Of a stretch of 64,000 bases of DNA, positions 50,483 through 59,525 are shown piece after piece. The position numbers were made by a program, and so were the translations under genes. The first letter of the stretch is position 1; each line of letters starts with the position of its first letter. The notes below the pieces were generated by a model. The model had not been told where the DNA came from, searched no databases, and saw only the letters and a list, made by a program, of their open reading frames with translations. Source of the DNA: Limnochordia bacterium (GTDB lineage Bacteria; Bacillota; Limnochordia; DTU080); NCBI GenBank assembly GCA_050951545.1, contig JBMNJG010000005.1, forward strand, positions 64,001 through 128,000. The letters run 5' to 3'.

Positions 50483-51010
50483 ATGAAAAGGTACTGGATC
50501 TGGGGACTTGGTCTGATGGCACTCCTGCTCGCAGTGGTGTTCGCCATACCCCAACAGTCACAGAACGGCAGGGTAGATCAGCGCCTGATCCCCGGAACCC
50601 CCACACGCACGGATCTCGACACGAGTCAGCTACGGACACCCGACACGAATCCTCCGCAGACCCCACAGTCTGTGACCATGTCTGCCCGGCTGAGCAACCG
50701 CGTTACAGATGCGGCACGTAGTGTCGAAGGAGTAGAGCAAGCCTGGGCAGCAGTAAAAGGCACCACCGCTGTGGTGGGCCTTACAGTAGATCCGTCGCTC
50801 AACAAAGACGCTACGGCTGACACAAAGAGCGCAGTTGCCGAACAGGTGCGGGAGCTGCCAGAGATCTTGCACGTGGGAGTAACCACTGACCCCGACTTGA
50901 TTCGACAGATCCGCGACACTAGCCAAGCAATCGCCGCCAATCAGCCGCCCACACAGTGGGATAGTAAGTTACAGACCCTCATTGATCAACTGGTTCCATC
51001 CACCCGTTAG
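50483..51010 (+). CDS. YhcN/YlaJ family sporulation protein
   Basis: N-terminal hydrophobic segment; SVEGVEQA...GTTAVVG; VTTDPDL..I; LIDQLVP. Confidence 0.72.
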   Translation: MKRYWIWGLGLMALLLAVVFAIPQQSQNGRVDQRLIPGTPTRTDLDTSQLRTPDTNPPQTPQSVTMSARLSNRVTDAARSVEGVEQAWAAVKGTTAVVGLTVDPSLNKDATADTKSAVAEQVRELPEILHVGVTTDPDLIRQIRDTSQAIAANQPPTQWDSKLQTLIDQLVPSTR

Positions 51011-51017
51011 AAACCCT

Positions 51018-51048
51018 GTGCGGCACCATCTGGTATCCGGTGCCGCAC
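51018..51048. terminator. Hairpin between convergent genes
   Basis: GTGCGGCACC-N11-GGTGCCGCAC. Confidence 0.6.
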
Positions 51049-51053
51049 TGCGT

Positions 51054-51641
51054 TCACTGTTCCCGGGGCTCAACACCCTGTAGCAGCCGGGCGATGTTCG
51101 ATCGGTGCTGCCACATCATGACCGCCCAGGCCAATACCAGAGTCCATGTGCGAGAGTTCCACCCATAAATCAGCCATGCGGCCAGAACAAAAGCCACTCC
51201 AGCCACAAAAGAAGCGACAGAGACGACGCGCAGCGTCTTGCGCACGACAAAGTGCGTAACAAAGGCCAGCACCGCGGCAAAAGGAAACATGGGAATGAAC
51301 GCGCCCAGCGTGGTATTCACACCCTTGCCGCCTCGGAAGCGTAGGTAGGGAGTAAAGTCATGCCCCAAGATGGTCAAGAGTGCCGCCCCTTCAACCAGAT
51401 ACGGTGTGGGGTGCGAACGGTTCCACATGATGGCGATGACCGTCGGGATGACGCCCTTAAGCACATCGACCGCCTGGGTAAACAATGCAGCTCTGCGGCC
51501 AGCCACTCTACCCACATTGGTGGAGCCGATATTGCCACTGCCCACGGTCTGAATATTGATACGTCGGGTAATCCATACCACTATATAGCCTGTGGGGATC
51601 GAGCCAACGGCATAAGCGAGTAGCAATATCAACCAGTGCAT
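51054..51641 (-). CDS. plsY: Glycerol-3-phosphate acyltransferase
   Basis: GSIPTG, GSGNIGSTN, DVLKG, GHDF...FRGGKGV, HRSNIARL. Confidence 0.93.
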   Translation of the reverse strand: MHWLILLLAYAVGSIPTGYIVVWITRRINIQTVGSGNIGSTNVGRVAGRRAALFTQAVDVLKGVIPTVIAIMWNRSHPTPYLVEGAALLTILGHDFTPYLRFRGGKGVNTTLGAFIPMFPFAAVLAFVTHFVVRKTLRVVSVASFVAGVAFVLAAWLIYGWNSRTWTLVLAWAVMMWQHRSNIARLLQGVEPREQ

Positions 51642-51673
51642 AGGAACCCTCCCGTTAGGCTTGCCGGTGTGGA

Positions 51674-54600
51674 CTATTCTAATTCTACTACGCGCCAGCT
51701 AATCCCTGTCTCTTTACTCAATTTCGGCAGGATTTCGAGCTCACGTTGCCGACACGTGAAAAAGAGCACTTGTACTCTCTGCGATACCTGCAACAGCGTC
51801 TTTAGTGCCTCGCGCACGCGGTGATCATCGTAGTGAGCAAAGGCATCATCAAGGATCAGCGGAGGTGCCCACCTATCGCCACAGATCGCCTCTGCAGCGG
51901 CCAGGCGAAACGCCAAGTAGACCTGATCGCCTGTGCCGTGGCTTACTGCATCGAGACTCACTGGTCTCGCGTATTCCGGGTCCTGCAGCATGATGTCCAA
52001 GGTCTCTGAGACCGCCAACCGCTCATAGCGACCGTGAGTCAGTGTATGGAGAATCTCCGAAGCCTTAGCGTTAAGCACTGGCGCAAACTGCCTGTGTACC
52101 TCCTCCGAAGCCTCATCAAGCTCCTGACGAGCGAGCATCACGGCCCGAATCGCCTCTTGCACTTGCTCCCGATCCTGTCTTATGATACCCCATTCGGCTG
52201 CCACCCGTTCTTCACCCTCACAGGCGTTAGCATGGCTCTTCATATCGCCTGCCATCTCCGCCCGTAGCTCCCGCAGGCGAGTTAGTTCGCCCTCCGCCCG
52301 AGCCAACTTGTCCTCCCAAAAGATCCGCCCGTGCTCACTGGGAGTAACCTGTTCGCAGGGTAACCCAGTAAGTGAGGACCAATCCTCCTGCCGCGCCTGG
52401 AGCTCCGCACTAATCTCATCGAGAGTTGCCTCTCCTAGGAAGGCAGCTAGCTGCCGCTTCTTGCCGTCTAGATCTGTCACGGTCTGTTTCCAGTGCAAAT
52501 GGTTTTCGCACAGGGTCTCAAAAGCAGATACACTGTCGACCCCGGCCTGCATCAACAGGCTATCTCGCTGGTTGACCAGTTCCTCCAAGGCGTCTTGTCG
52601 CTCGGAAATCGCTTCGCGCTGGCCTTGTAGTTCCGCTGCCTGGGCGATCCAGTGTCGGTATATCTCTTGCACCCCATCAATCCGACTGAGAGCGCTGTCA
52701 AATGTCTCTTGCCACACACGTATATCCGCTGGTTGAGCCCCTTCCCCGAGTAGCGACAGACCAGCTGCCTTGAGGACAGGTTCAACCTCACCGACAAGCA
52801 ACGAGAGTGCACGAGCCAAATGGCGCTCGCACGCCTCTTGGCACATGGCGCGCACTCTTTCCTTTTCCCCAAGCTGCTGCCGTAGATGCTCACGCTCTTG
52901 CCAACGCCAGTGAAAGGCCGCTACGTCACTGGTACCCGCCTGTTCCATGATGGCCTCCACAAGCGATAGGGCCTGTTGGCGTGCAGCGGAGATCGCGCGA
53001 CCCCAGCGGTCCATGAAACCAGCGGTGGGAAGATCGGCAAGCAATTCGTCGAGGTCTGCGGACCACAACAGACCCGGGAGGCCTGTACCTTCGACCTGGT
53101 ATACCAAACCACTATCACTTGCTACCTTCTCTAATGCTGCGGCAGCCTGACGCACGGGTTCGGCGAGCGAGGGCACGGCCTGCAGCCGCGTCTCAAACTC
53201 CTGAGTGGCCTCGCGGCTCGAGCGCACCTCGTCAAGCAGTTGCTGCGCATCACGGACAAGCGCAGGTAGCTCTTGAGGCATCATCTCTACATCACGCCGC
53301 AGCTCCTTGTAGCGTCTGTGTCGCTCCATGAAATGCTCGATATTCTCACTAGTCCATGGAAGATCCATAAGCTCATCTTCTGTCTCTCTCTGACCCGGAT
53401 GGATACCGGCCATCTCTAACCAACGAAGAACCTGATCTTCATGGGCGCGACGCCGTGATAGCATCGCTTGCAGACGATTCTCGTGCTCTCGAATCTGACT
53501 CGCAACTGCCTCTTTCTGCAACATGAGTGCCTGGTATCGCCGCCACCAATGTAGCAGCTCAGCAGGGCTTTCCACATGGGCTGCTTCCAGGATGCTGGAC
53601 AGCTCGCGTCCTGCGCCCTTCACCAAACTGCTGGCCGTCGTTAGCATCTCCTGCACCCAGGCTATATTAGGTTCAGCGGGAGGTTCTGCATCCGGGAAAA
53701 GCAGACGTATCGCGTCGACCGTATCGTCGTAGAGCGTACTCAGCCGAGCATGCTCGTCAGCTAGGTCCCTTTGCACCGCTAGCCTGTCCCTCAGTTGCTC
53801 CTGCCGCGTGACAATGGCATCTCCCAGGCCCCGAATCACCTTACTCAGGCCCAGGCGGTCGCTGGCTCCAACCGCTGCGGGCAAAGATATGGCGGAGAGT
53901 GCTTGGCGAGCCTGGATGATCACGCCATTGGCCGATGCACGTCGTTGCGTAGCCAGAGTCAGCTGGTTTTGAATGGTCGCCCGCTGCTTCTGTAACTCCT
54001 CCAGTCGCGCCCAGCTGTTCCGCCAAGCTGGCACAGATGGTTGGCGCACTTCGGCCAAAAGCGCCCGAATCTCCGCACTCACTTTCTCTGCAGCCGCGTT
54101 AGCCTCGCTCCTTTGGCCATAGTGGCGATCGCGCTCCTGGATTACCTGCCTACGCGCGAGTGCCCCCTTCACAAGCAAGGGTACGCCACAGAGAATCATG
54201 GCTAGCCCTAGACCAGCCATGGCCACAGAGCGGAAAGCAATGAAGCTCAACAGCATACAAGCAAAGCCGGGTGTCATCAGAGCCAACGCTGATCGCATCC
54301 GGCCCACAGGCGGCAGCTCAAGCGTCTCGGCTACAGCAGCTGACTGGCGTGCCCGCTCCCGCAAGTCGGCCTCCTGCTTCACCAACCCCTCTGCCCGCGT
54401 GAGACTCTCTATTCCTGCTGCCGCAACAGCCTGCAAGGGGAGCATGGCCGTCTTGCTCTTTGCGTCGGCAGCTGTTGCAGCGTTCACCGCCTCAATAGCT
54501 GTAGCCAACTCTTCTTCCGCAGCTTGCCAACGCCCGAGCCACCCTTCCGCGGCATGCACTTCGCTCAGAGTTAACAGCGCCAAGTGCTGGGTGCCTTCGA

Positions 54601-56284
54601 GTTCCTCCTCAAGTTTTTGCAGCGTCGCTCGGCGCTGGTTCTGACGATCCAGCACTGCTTCAAGCTGGTCCACCAACGTGCGCACAGCAACGAGGCGCTG
54701 CTCGCCGCTGCGCGTGCGCAATTCCAGCTCATGCACGTGAGATTCTATCCCCTCGGGCAGTGAACTCAGCGCATCGTAGCTCGCCAATTCCTCTTCCAGT
54801 TCAGCCGCCTTTCGCAGAAGTGTCACCTGTGCCGTGCGGGTATCCTCCATACCTCGAGTGACAGCCTGAATCTCGGCTATCAACTCCTCCATGCGGCGCC
54901 CAGCATGATCCGGAAGTGCATCCATGATCTCCAGATCCACCAGCTGCCGCATGGCTGTGCGCGCTCTATCCTCGTAGCTGTGCAAATGCTCCGCCAAGAT
55001 CCTCCGCCGGCGCGACTGGGCCTGCAGTCTCTCCACGAGAGCCACAGCCTGCCGAGCAGACGCGTCCAGTTCAGCCATTGCGTGCAGCGTGCTATCGGGA
55101 AGCTCAGCCATGGGCGCGAAGGGTAGCAGATCCTCAGAGGCCCTCTGGACCTCTTCATCCGCTCTCCGCTTGGCCTGCTCCGCTTCATGGAGATGCTGCA
55201 CGGCCTCGGCGAGGCGGATGTTGACCGAGCGAGCCCGTTCCCCATAGCCCGTGTCGGCCGCCAGAGCTGGCACCAATCCCTGCGCGCCTGGAAGTGCCTG
55301 CAGTTGTTGATCGGTACGCCCCAACTGCTCCTCCAGTTGGCAGACCGCTGCTCCAAGTGCCTTCACGGCCCCCTCGCCCTCTTCTACACGTGTATGGAGC
55401 TGTCCAAGCTGGGCACGCAGCTCTATTGGTACTTGCGCATAGGGAGCAAGAAGCTCGAGCCTTTCCTCCAAGACCGCTATTTGATCCTCCATGGCGCAAA
55501 TCGTGGACTGTCTGTGTTGCAGGTTCGCAATATCAGAAGCCAAAAGTGCAACGAGCGCCTCCCGCTGGTTCTCTGCTGCTCGCTTCTGCCTATGCCCCAC
55601 ATCCTGCATCTGCAACTCGAGTTGACGCACAGCCGAGCGGTGAGTGAGAATCGTCTCCAGTGCCTGATGCGCCTGCTCTTCTCGCAGTTGCAGCTGATTC
55701 TGACGGGTTACTAGAGTACGACGAGCGCTCTCTAGGCTATCAACGGCGCGCCGAACTGAGGTGGCCTCATCAGCCGACTCCTGCAGGTTCGCAAGACGTG
55801 CGGCCAGTTCTTGGCGCCCTTTTTCGGAGCTTATGTCTGGCATGTTGCTAATGCAGACTGTACTGGAGAAGACGAGTTCGTTCATACCAGTGAAAGCCTC
55901 GGCATATAGCCGCTCCCGGCGGACATCCAACTCAAAGAGCGTAGAGACATCACGACCTGTCACGGCATCAAAGATCTGCACGCGGTCTTGGTCCTTGGCA
56001 AAGGCACGCTCCACATAATACGTGCGGCCCTCTGAAGTGCTAAACTCAAGTGCGCCTATGTAGGGTTTGCCGCTCCAGGGGGCATAGCGCTCAAGATCGG
56101 CAGTCCATCTGCGCCGCCGCGCATCAGGCTCTTTAAACCCATAGAGCATTCCTCTCAGAAATCTCTGAATGGTGGTCTTGCCGCTTTCGTTGGGACCGTA
56201 GAAGACATTAAGTCCACTCTCTAGATCTATCTCATGACCGACGAATTTCCCAAACCCAACGAGATGAAGCCTGCGGATGATCAA
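51674..56284 (-). CDS. YhaN-like (AAA_27, SbcC/Rad50-related) ATPase, 1536 aa, with central hydrophobic hairpin
   Basis: GFGKF, GPNESGKTT, C-terminal SHGTGDQVYLAFRLA, LILDDAF, FFTC; long coiled-coils; two TM-like helices at ~aa 665-710. Confidence 0.87.
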   Translation of the reverse strand: MIIRRLHLVGFGKFVGHEIDLESGLNVFYGPNESGKTTIQRFLRGMLYGFKEPDARRRRWTADLERYAPWSGKPYIGALEFSTSEGRTYYVERAFAKDQDRVQIFDAVTGRDVSTLFELDVRRERLYAEAFTGMNELVFSSTVCISNMPDISSEKGRQELAARLANLQESADEATSVRRAVDSLESARRTLVTRQNQLQLREEQAHQALETILTHRSAVRQLELQMQDVGHRQKRAAENQREALVALLASDIANLQHRQSTICAMEDQIAVLEERLELLAPYAQVPIELRAQLGQLHTRVEEGEGAVKALGAAVCQLEEQLGRTDQQLQALPGAQGLVPALAADTGYGERARSVNIRLAEAVQHLHEAEQAKRRADEEVQRASEDLLPFAPMAELPDSTLHAMAELDASARQAVALVERLQAQSRRRRILAEHLHSYEDRARTAMRQLVDLEIMDALPDHAGRRMEELIAEIQAVTRGMEDTRTAQVTLLRKAAELEEELASYDALSSLPEGIESHVHELELRTRSGEQRLVAVRTLVDQLEAVLDRQNQRRATLQKLEEELEGTQHLALLTLSEVHAAEGWLGRWQAAEEELATAIEAVNAATAADAKSKTAMLPLQAVAAAGIESLTRAEGLVKQEADLRERARQSAAVAETLELPPVGRMRSALALMTPGFACMLLSFIAFRSVAMAGLGLAMILCGVPLLVKGALARRQVIQERDRHYGQRSEANAAAEKVSAEIRALLAEVRQPSVPAWRNSWARLEELQKQRATIQNQLTLATQRRASANGVIIQARQALSAISLPAAVGASDRLGLSKVIRGLGDAIVTRQEQLRDRLAVQRDLADEHARLSTLYDDTVDAIRLLFPDAEPPAEPNIAWVQEMLTTASSLVKGAGRELSSILEAAHVESPAELLHWWRRYQALMLQKEAVASQIREHENRLQAMLSRRRAHEDQVLRWLEMAGIHPGQRETEDELMDLPWTSENIEHFMERHRRYKELRRDVEMMPQELPALVRDAQQLLDEVRSSREATQEFETRLQAVPSLAEPVRQAAAALEKVASDSGLVYQVEGTGLPGLLWSADLDELLADLPTAGFMDRWGRAISAARQQALSLVEAIMEQAGTSDVAAFHWRWQEREHLRQQLGEKERVRAMCQEACERHLARALSLLVGEVEPVLKAAGLSLLGEGAQPADIRVWQETFDSALSRIDGVQEIYRHWIAQAAELQGQREAISERQDALEELVNQRDSLLMQAGVDSVSAFETLCENHLHWKQTVTDLDGKKRQLAAFLGEATLDEISAELQARQEDWSSLTGLPCEQVTPSEHGRIFWEDKLARAEGELTRLRELRAEMAGDMKSHANACEGEERVAAEWGIIRQDREQVQEAIRAVMLARQELDEASEEVHRQFAPVLNAKASEILHTLTHGRYERLAVSETLDIMLQDPEYARPVSLDAVSHGTGDQVYLAFRLAAAEAICGDRWAPPLILDDAFAHYDDHRVREALKTLLQVSQRVQVLFFTCRQRELEILPKLSKETGISWRVVELE

Positions 56285-57414
56285 GGTAGTCGCACCTCTC
56301 TTCCAGCCAGAGCGTCCAGCCCCATCTTCAGGGCTTGCCGTAGCAGCGGCTCTTCCTCGGGCGTCGCTTCTTCGAGACGGGATCGCAAGCGCTGCACAAA
56401 GACGGCCCTAGCGGAGTAACCCTGAGCTAGCGACTCAAGATCGTAGGCAACAACTGTCTCATCCCGCACAAAAAAGGCAAACTGGTCGCCGCCGAGTTCC
56501 TGCAGTCTGCTGTGATCAAGCTCAAGATCCGGCTGCCGTTCCCCGCATATGACGAGTCGCACGAGGTCAGTTTGGGGAACATCAGCTAACATGCGTTGTG
56601 CAGCTTCTGACACCCTCTCCATGGTGTCCATTGCACTTATATCCACGTAGAGGCGACGGTACTGCCGAGCCGCCGCAGGAACTAGATCAAGCCGGGCTCC
56701 CCCCTGCCCGAGCTCACCGACAAAATACCCGTGTGTCCCCTCTTCAGAGAAAGTAACTGGCTCCAGAGCACCGCTGTAGGCGGCCCGAACCCTCCCGTCG
56801 ACCTGCCAGAGGAGCTGAGGCGTGTGCAAATGTCCCAGGGCCACATAGTCGGCACCGACAGATTCAAGATCTGCTTGGCACACAGGGCAGTATGCGGATG
56901 TAGAGGCGCCACCAGCCACATAATCGGCGTGTAGCAACACCACGTGCAAGCCGACTGCTGCACCGTCACCTGCTACGTACTCCCGCAGCACCGGGATGGC
57001 CGACTCCGGCTCGCTAAAGCCACACCCATGCATCGTCAGATCGAGTTCATCCACCCGCACGCTTTCCCAATCGCCCAGGAAAAGATGAACATTGTCAGGC
57101 CATTGCAGGGTTCGATAGAACGAATCGGAGGCTGCGAAATCGTGGTTTCCAGCTGCTATGAAGACCTTGGTCCTCGTCAGATCGCCCAGGAAATCGCGCA
57201 CCTCCAGAACTGTTGACTTAGGGACAGTGTCGTGCTCAAACAAGTCACCTGCGACTAAGAGCAACGGGATCTGGGCTTCCTGCACGCGCTCCAGACATCG
57301 ACGTAGGGTCATGAGGGCATCCAATCGTCGTTGGGCCACTTGCTCGCTCGAAAGGCCACCAGCCTGCAGTCGACCCAGATGGACGTCCGCTAGGTGCACA
57401 AAAGGAATGGCCAC
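56281..57414 (-). CDS. YhaO/SbcD/Mre11-like metallophosphoesterase nuclease
   Basis: HLADVHLG, AGDLFE, GNHD, DYVALGHLH, YSGALE; ATGA overlap with the ATPase start. Confidence 0.9.
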   Translation of the reverse strand: MAIPFVHLADVHLGRLQAGGLSSEQVAQRRLDALMTLRRCLERVQEAQIPLLLVAGDLFEHDTVPKSTVLEVRDFLGDLTRTKVFIAAGNHDFAASDSFYRTLQWPDNVHLFLGDWESVRVDELDLTMHGCGFSEPESAIPVLREYVAGDGAAVGLHVVLLHADYVAGGASTSAYCPVCQADLESVGADYVALGHLHTPQLLWQVDGRVRAAYSGALEPVTFSEEGTHGYFVGELGQGGARLDLVPAAARQYRRLYVDISAMDTMERVSEAAQRMLADVPQTDLVRLVICGERQPDLELDHSRLQELGGDQFAFFVRDETVVAYDLESLAQGYSARAVFVQRLRSRLEEATPEEEPLLRQALKMGLDALAGREVRLP

Positions 57415-57868
57415 ATCCACTCGCCCCTTCTGCTGTGGGAGTCTCTGCACAGAGAGTTCACACGGCCTCATACGCATCTTGGTGCTGCTGTGCTTTCTCA
57501 CTACGGGAAAGGTCTTGTTTCTCCTTCCCCGCCTCCGTCTGCACAATGCGACGTTGAGACGCAAAAATCGACTCCTATTTGTCTGTTACACACTGGAACC
57601 AGATTAAAAATGTGATATGATAACAACGAATAGACAGGTAGATGCCAGGCAGCTGTTGGCCTATCAGTATCGTCTATAGGAGAACCCATTTGCCCGCATC
57701 TTGAAAGCGCCCCGATCAATGGATTTACGTTCTATGTTGCTTATGCAGGGTAAATGTCGGTGAACGGACCAATGCATACAGCACATCGTTGGTTTTCGAG
57801 CAAGTTCGTTCTACCTTTCCCCCCATAACCTCTGATCGTCGTGACAGGTTCGCTGAGATAAAGAGAGG

Positions 57869-58531
57869 GTGAGTGCAACGATGACCATGGCTCGCAGAGC
57901 TGCTATCGAGAAGGAGACGCAAGGACGAAGGGCCCTTGAGCAACATCTGAGTGAAGAGACGACGCATGCTAATGATGATCTGCACCGCGAAATAGGGGAA
58001 CGGCTGACCGCCGGAATACTGGGGGTTTTTGATCTGTTAGCCAACCTTGGCCACCGTGACTGTTCCCAACTCGACGTCTCGATTGTGTCAGAAGCAATCC
58101 GACAAGTGATTAGCATGGAACTGCAGAATCTACGGGTAGAGCTTCACGATCTACGTGGTATGCTAGAAGAAGTGCGGGCTGGCATCAACCGCATTGACAG
58201 GTTTACCATGCAAAGGCTATACCGTTTTGATGAGGGCGAGGCTGATGTCGGACCCGAAGGCACGGTTCCCCGTGTGTCAGCTACACGCGCTCCAGCAGGC
58301 GGCCGTGCTTCCCGAGAAGTCGTTATCGATCGCGTGTTCAGTACTGCACAAAGACTAACTGACGACGGGCAAGACATCACAGAGATGACATCTACAGCCC
58401 TGGCCCATGCGGCTGGCGTAAAACCAACGCAGTTTACATACGCCTTCAAGACGCGGGCCAATTTCGAGGCACAGTTTGCGCGCTGGAGAGAGATGGCACA
58501 GACCAACGCTGATGCAGAAGCCGATGCCTGA
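57869..58531 (+). CDS. Hypothetical protein: coiled-coil plus C-terminal TetR-like HTH
   Basis: Heptad stretch ELQNLRVELHDLRGMLEEV; TSTALAHAAGVKPTQFTYAFKT resembles a TetR HTH. Confidence 0.6.
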   Translation: MSATMTMARRAAIEKETQGRRALEQHLSEETTHANDDLHREIGERLTAGILGVFDLLANLGHRDCSQLDVSIVSEAIRQVISMELQNLRVELHDLRGMLEEVRAGINRIDRFTMQRLYRFDEGEADVGPEGTVPRVSATRAPAGGRASREVVIDRVFSTAQRLTDDGQDITEMTSTALAHAAGVKPTQFTYAFKTRANFEAQFARWREMAQTNADAEADA

Positions 58532-58542
58532 CAATCGCACAA

Positions 58543-58668
58543 GCGCGATGGGGATGGGCCAGGTTGGGTAATGCTGACCAAGCAGAACAGCCTGGCCACG
58601 GCCCACTTCATAGGCCGCCCATCCATGCGCATCACCTCCTCCTCCGCAAAATCGAGGAGGGTTTTTTT
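58543..58668 (+). ncRNA. Candidate structured RNA (sRNA or attenuator leader) ending in an intrinsic terminator
   Basis: Nested stems GGCCAGGTTG/CAGCCTGGCC and TGCT-GACCA-AGCA, competing GATGGGC/GCCCATC, anti-SD ATCACCTCCT, then a terminator. Confidence 0.4.
58638..58668 (+). terminator. Rho-independent terminator
   Basis: CCTCCTC...GAGGAGG followed by G-TTTTTTT. Confidence 0.8.
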
Positions 58669-58724
58669 GTGCAGTGGAGGGTTTTGGTGCCGATGCTGGC
58701 GAAAGGGACAGGTGGTGATTAGGT

Positions 58725-59507
58725 GTGATCATCCAAGTTGGGGAGATTACCTTTGGCTACAACTCACATCCGGTGCTCACGGACGTCAACTTTGCCCTGC
58801 ATGCGGGGGAAATAGTCGGCATTGTGGGTCCAAACGGCTCAGGAAAGTCGACCTTGCTGGGGGTGATCAGCCGCGCTCTGCTACCAGCGAGCGGCAGTGT
58901 CTGGGTTTTCGGTACGCCCATACAACGCCTACCTCGCCGAGACCTGGCTCGCCTGATGTCTGTCGTGCGCCAGCAAGAAAATGTAGCCTTTGATTTCACG
59001 GTACGGGAAGTCGTAACCATGGGGCGCTCTCCCTACGTGGGACGCCTGGGAAGAGAGAGCCCAAGCGACCTCGAGGTCGTCAATGCCGCGATGCGAATCG
59101 CTGAAGTGGAGCATCTGGCTGCCCGACGAGTCTCCGAACTCAGTGGAGGTGAGTTCCAGCGCGTTATTCTGGCCAGAACACTCGCCCAGGACACACCCGT
59201 CATTTTGCTTGATGAACCGACTGGCAGTCTAGACCTGAAGTACCAGGTCCAGACATTAGGGCTGCTACAACAGCTAGCCAAAGAGGGGCGAAGCATCATC
59301 ATCACGATGCACGATCTCACTTTGGCTGCGCAATACTGTGATCGGCTGCTTCTGCTTCATGAGGGACGCATCCGAGCCGCGGGAACTCCTGCGCAGATTC
59401 TTACGCCGCCGCTGCTCGAAGAGGTGTACGAACTCGCCACCGTAGTGATCAAGCACCCGGTGACCGGACTGCCTGTTGTCTTACCAAGTCACGATGCCTT
59501 TTTGTAA
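58725..59507 (+). CDS. Cobalamin/iron-chelate ABC transporter ATPase (BtuD/FepC type)
   Basis: GPNGSGKST, VTMGRSPY, LSGGEFQR, LDEPT, MHDL. Confidence 0.9.
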   Translation: MIIQVGEITFGYNSHPVLTDVNFALHAGEIVGIVGPNGSGKSTLLGVISRALLPASGSVWVFGTPIQRLPRRDLARLMSVVRQQENVAFDFTVREVVTMGRSPYVGRLGRESPSDLEVVNAAMRIAEVEHLAARRVSELSGGEFQRVILARTLAQDTPVILLDEPTGSLDLKYQVQTLGLLQQLAKEGRSIIITMHDLTLAAQYCDRLLLLHEGRIRAAGTPAQILTPPLLEEVYELATVVIKHPVTGLPVVLPSHDAFL

Positions 59508-59525
59508 CCTATGGGAGGTCTTCAT

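Noticed and set aside
51674-57414. Wadjet/Lamassu-type SMC defence system
   Set aside because: No kleisin/KITE/JetD or Lamassu effector genes; the motifs fit YhaO/YhaN.
58631-58640. 16S rRNA 3' end fragment (ATCACCTCCT)
   Set aside because: Only 10 nt match and the flanks are not rRNA-like.
58532-58724. Canonical cobalamin riboswitch
   Set aside because: The conserved B12-element motifs are not visible; kept instead as an unknown RNA candidate.
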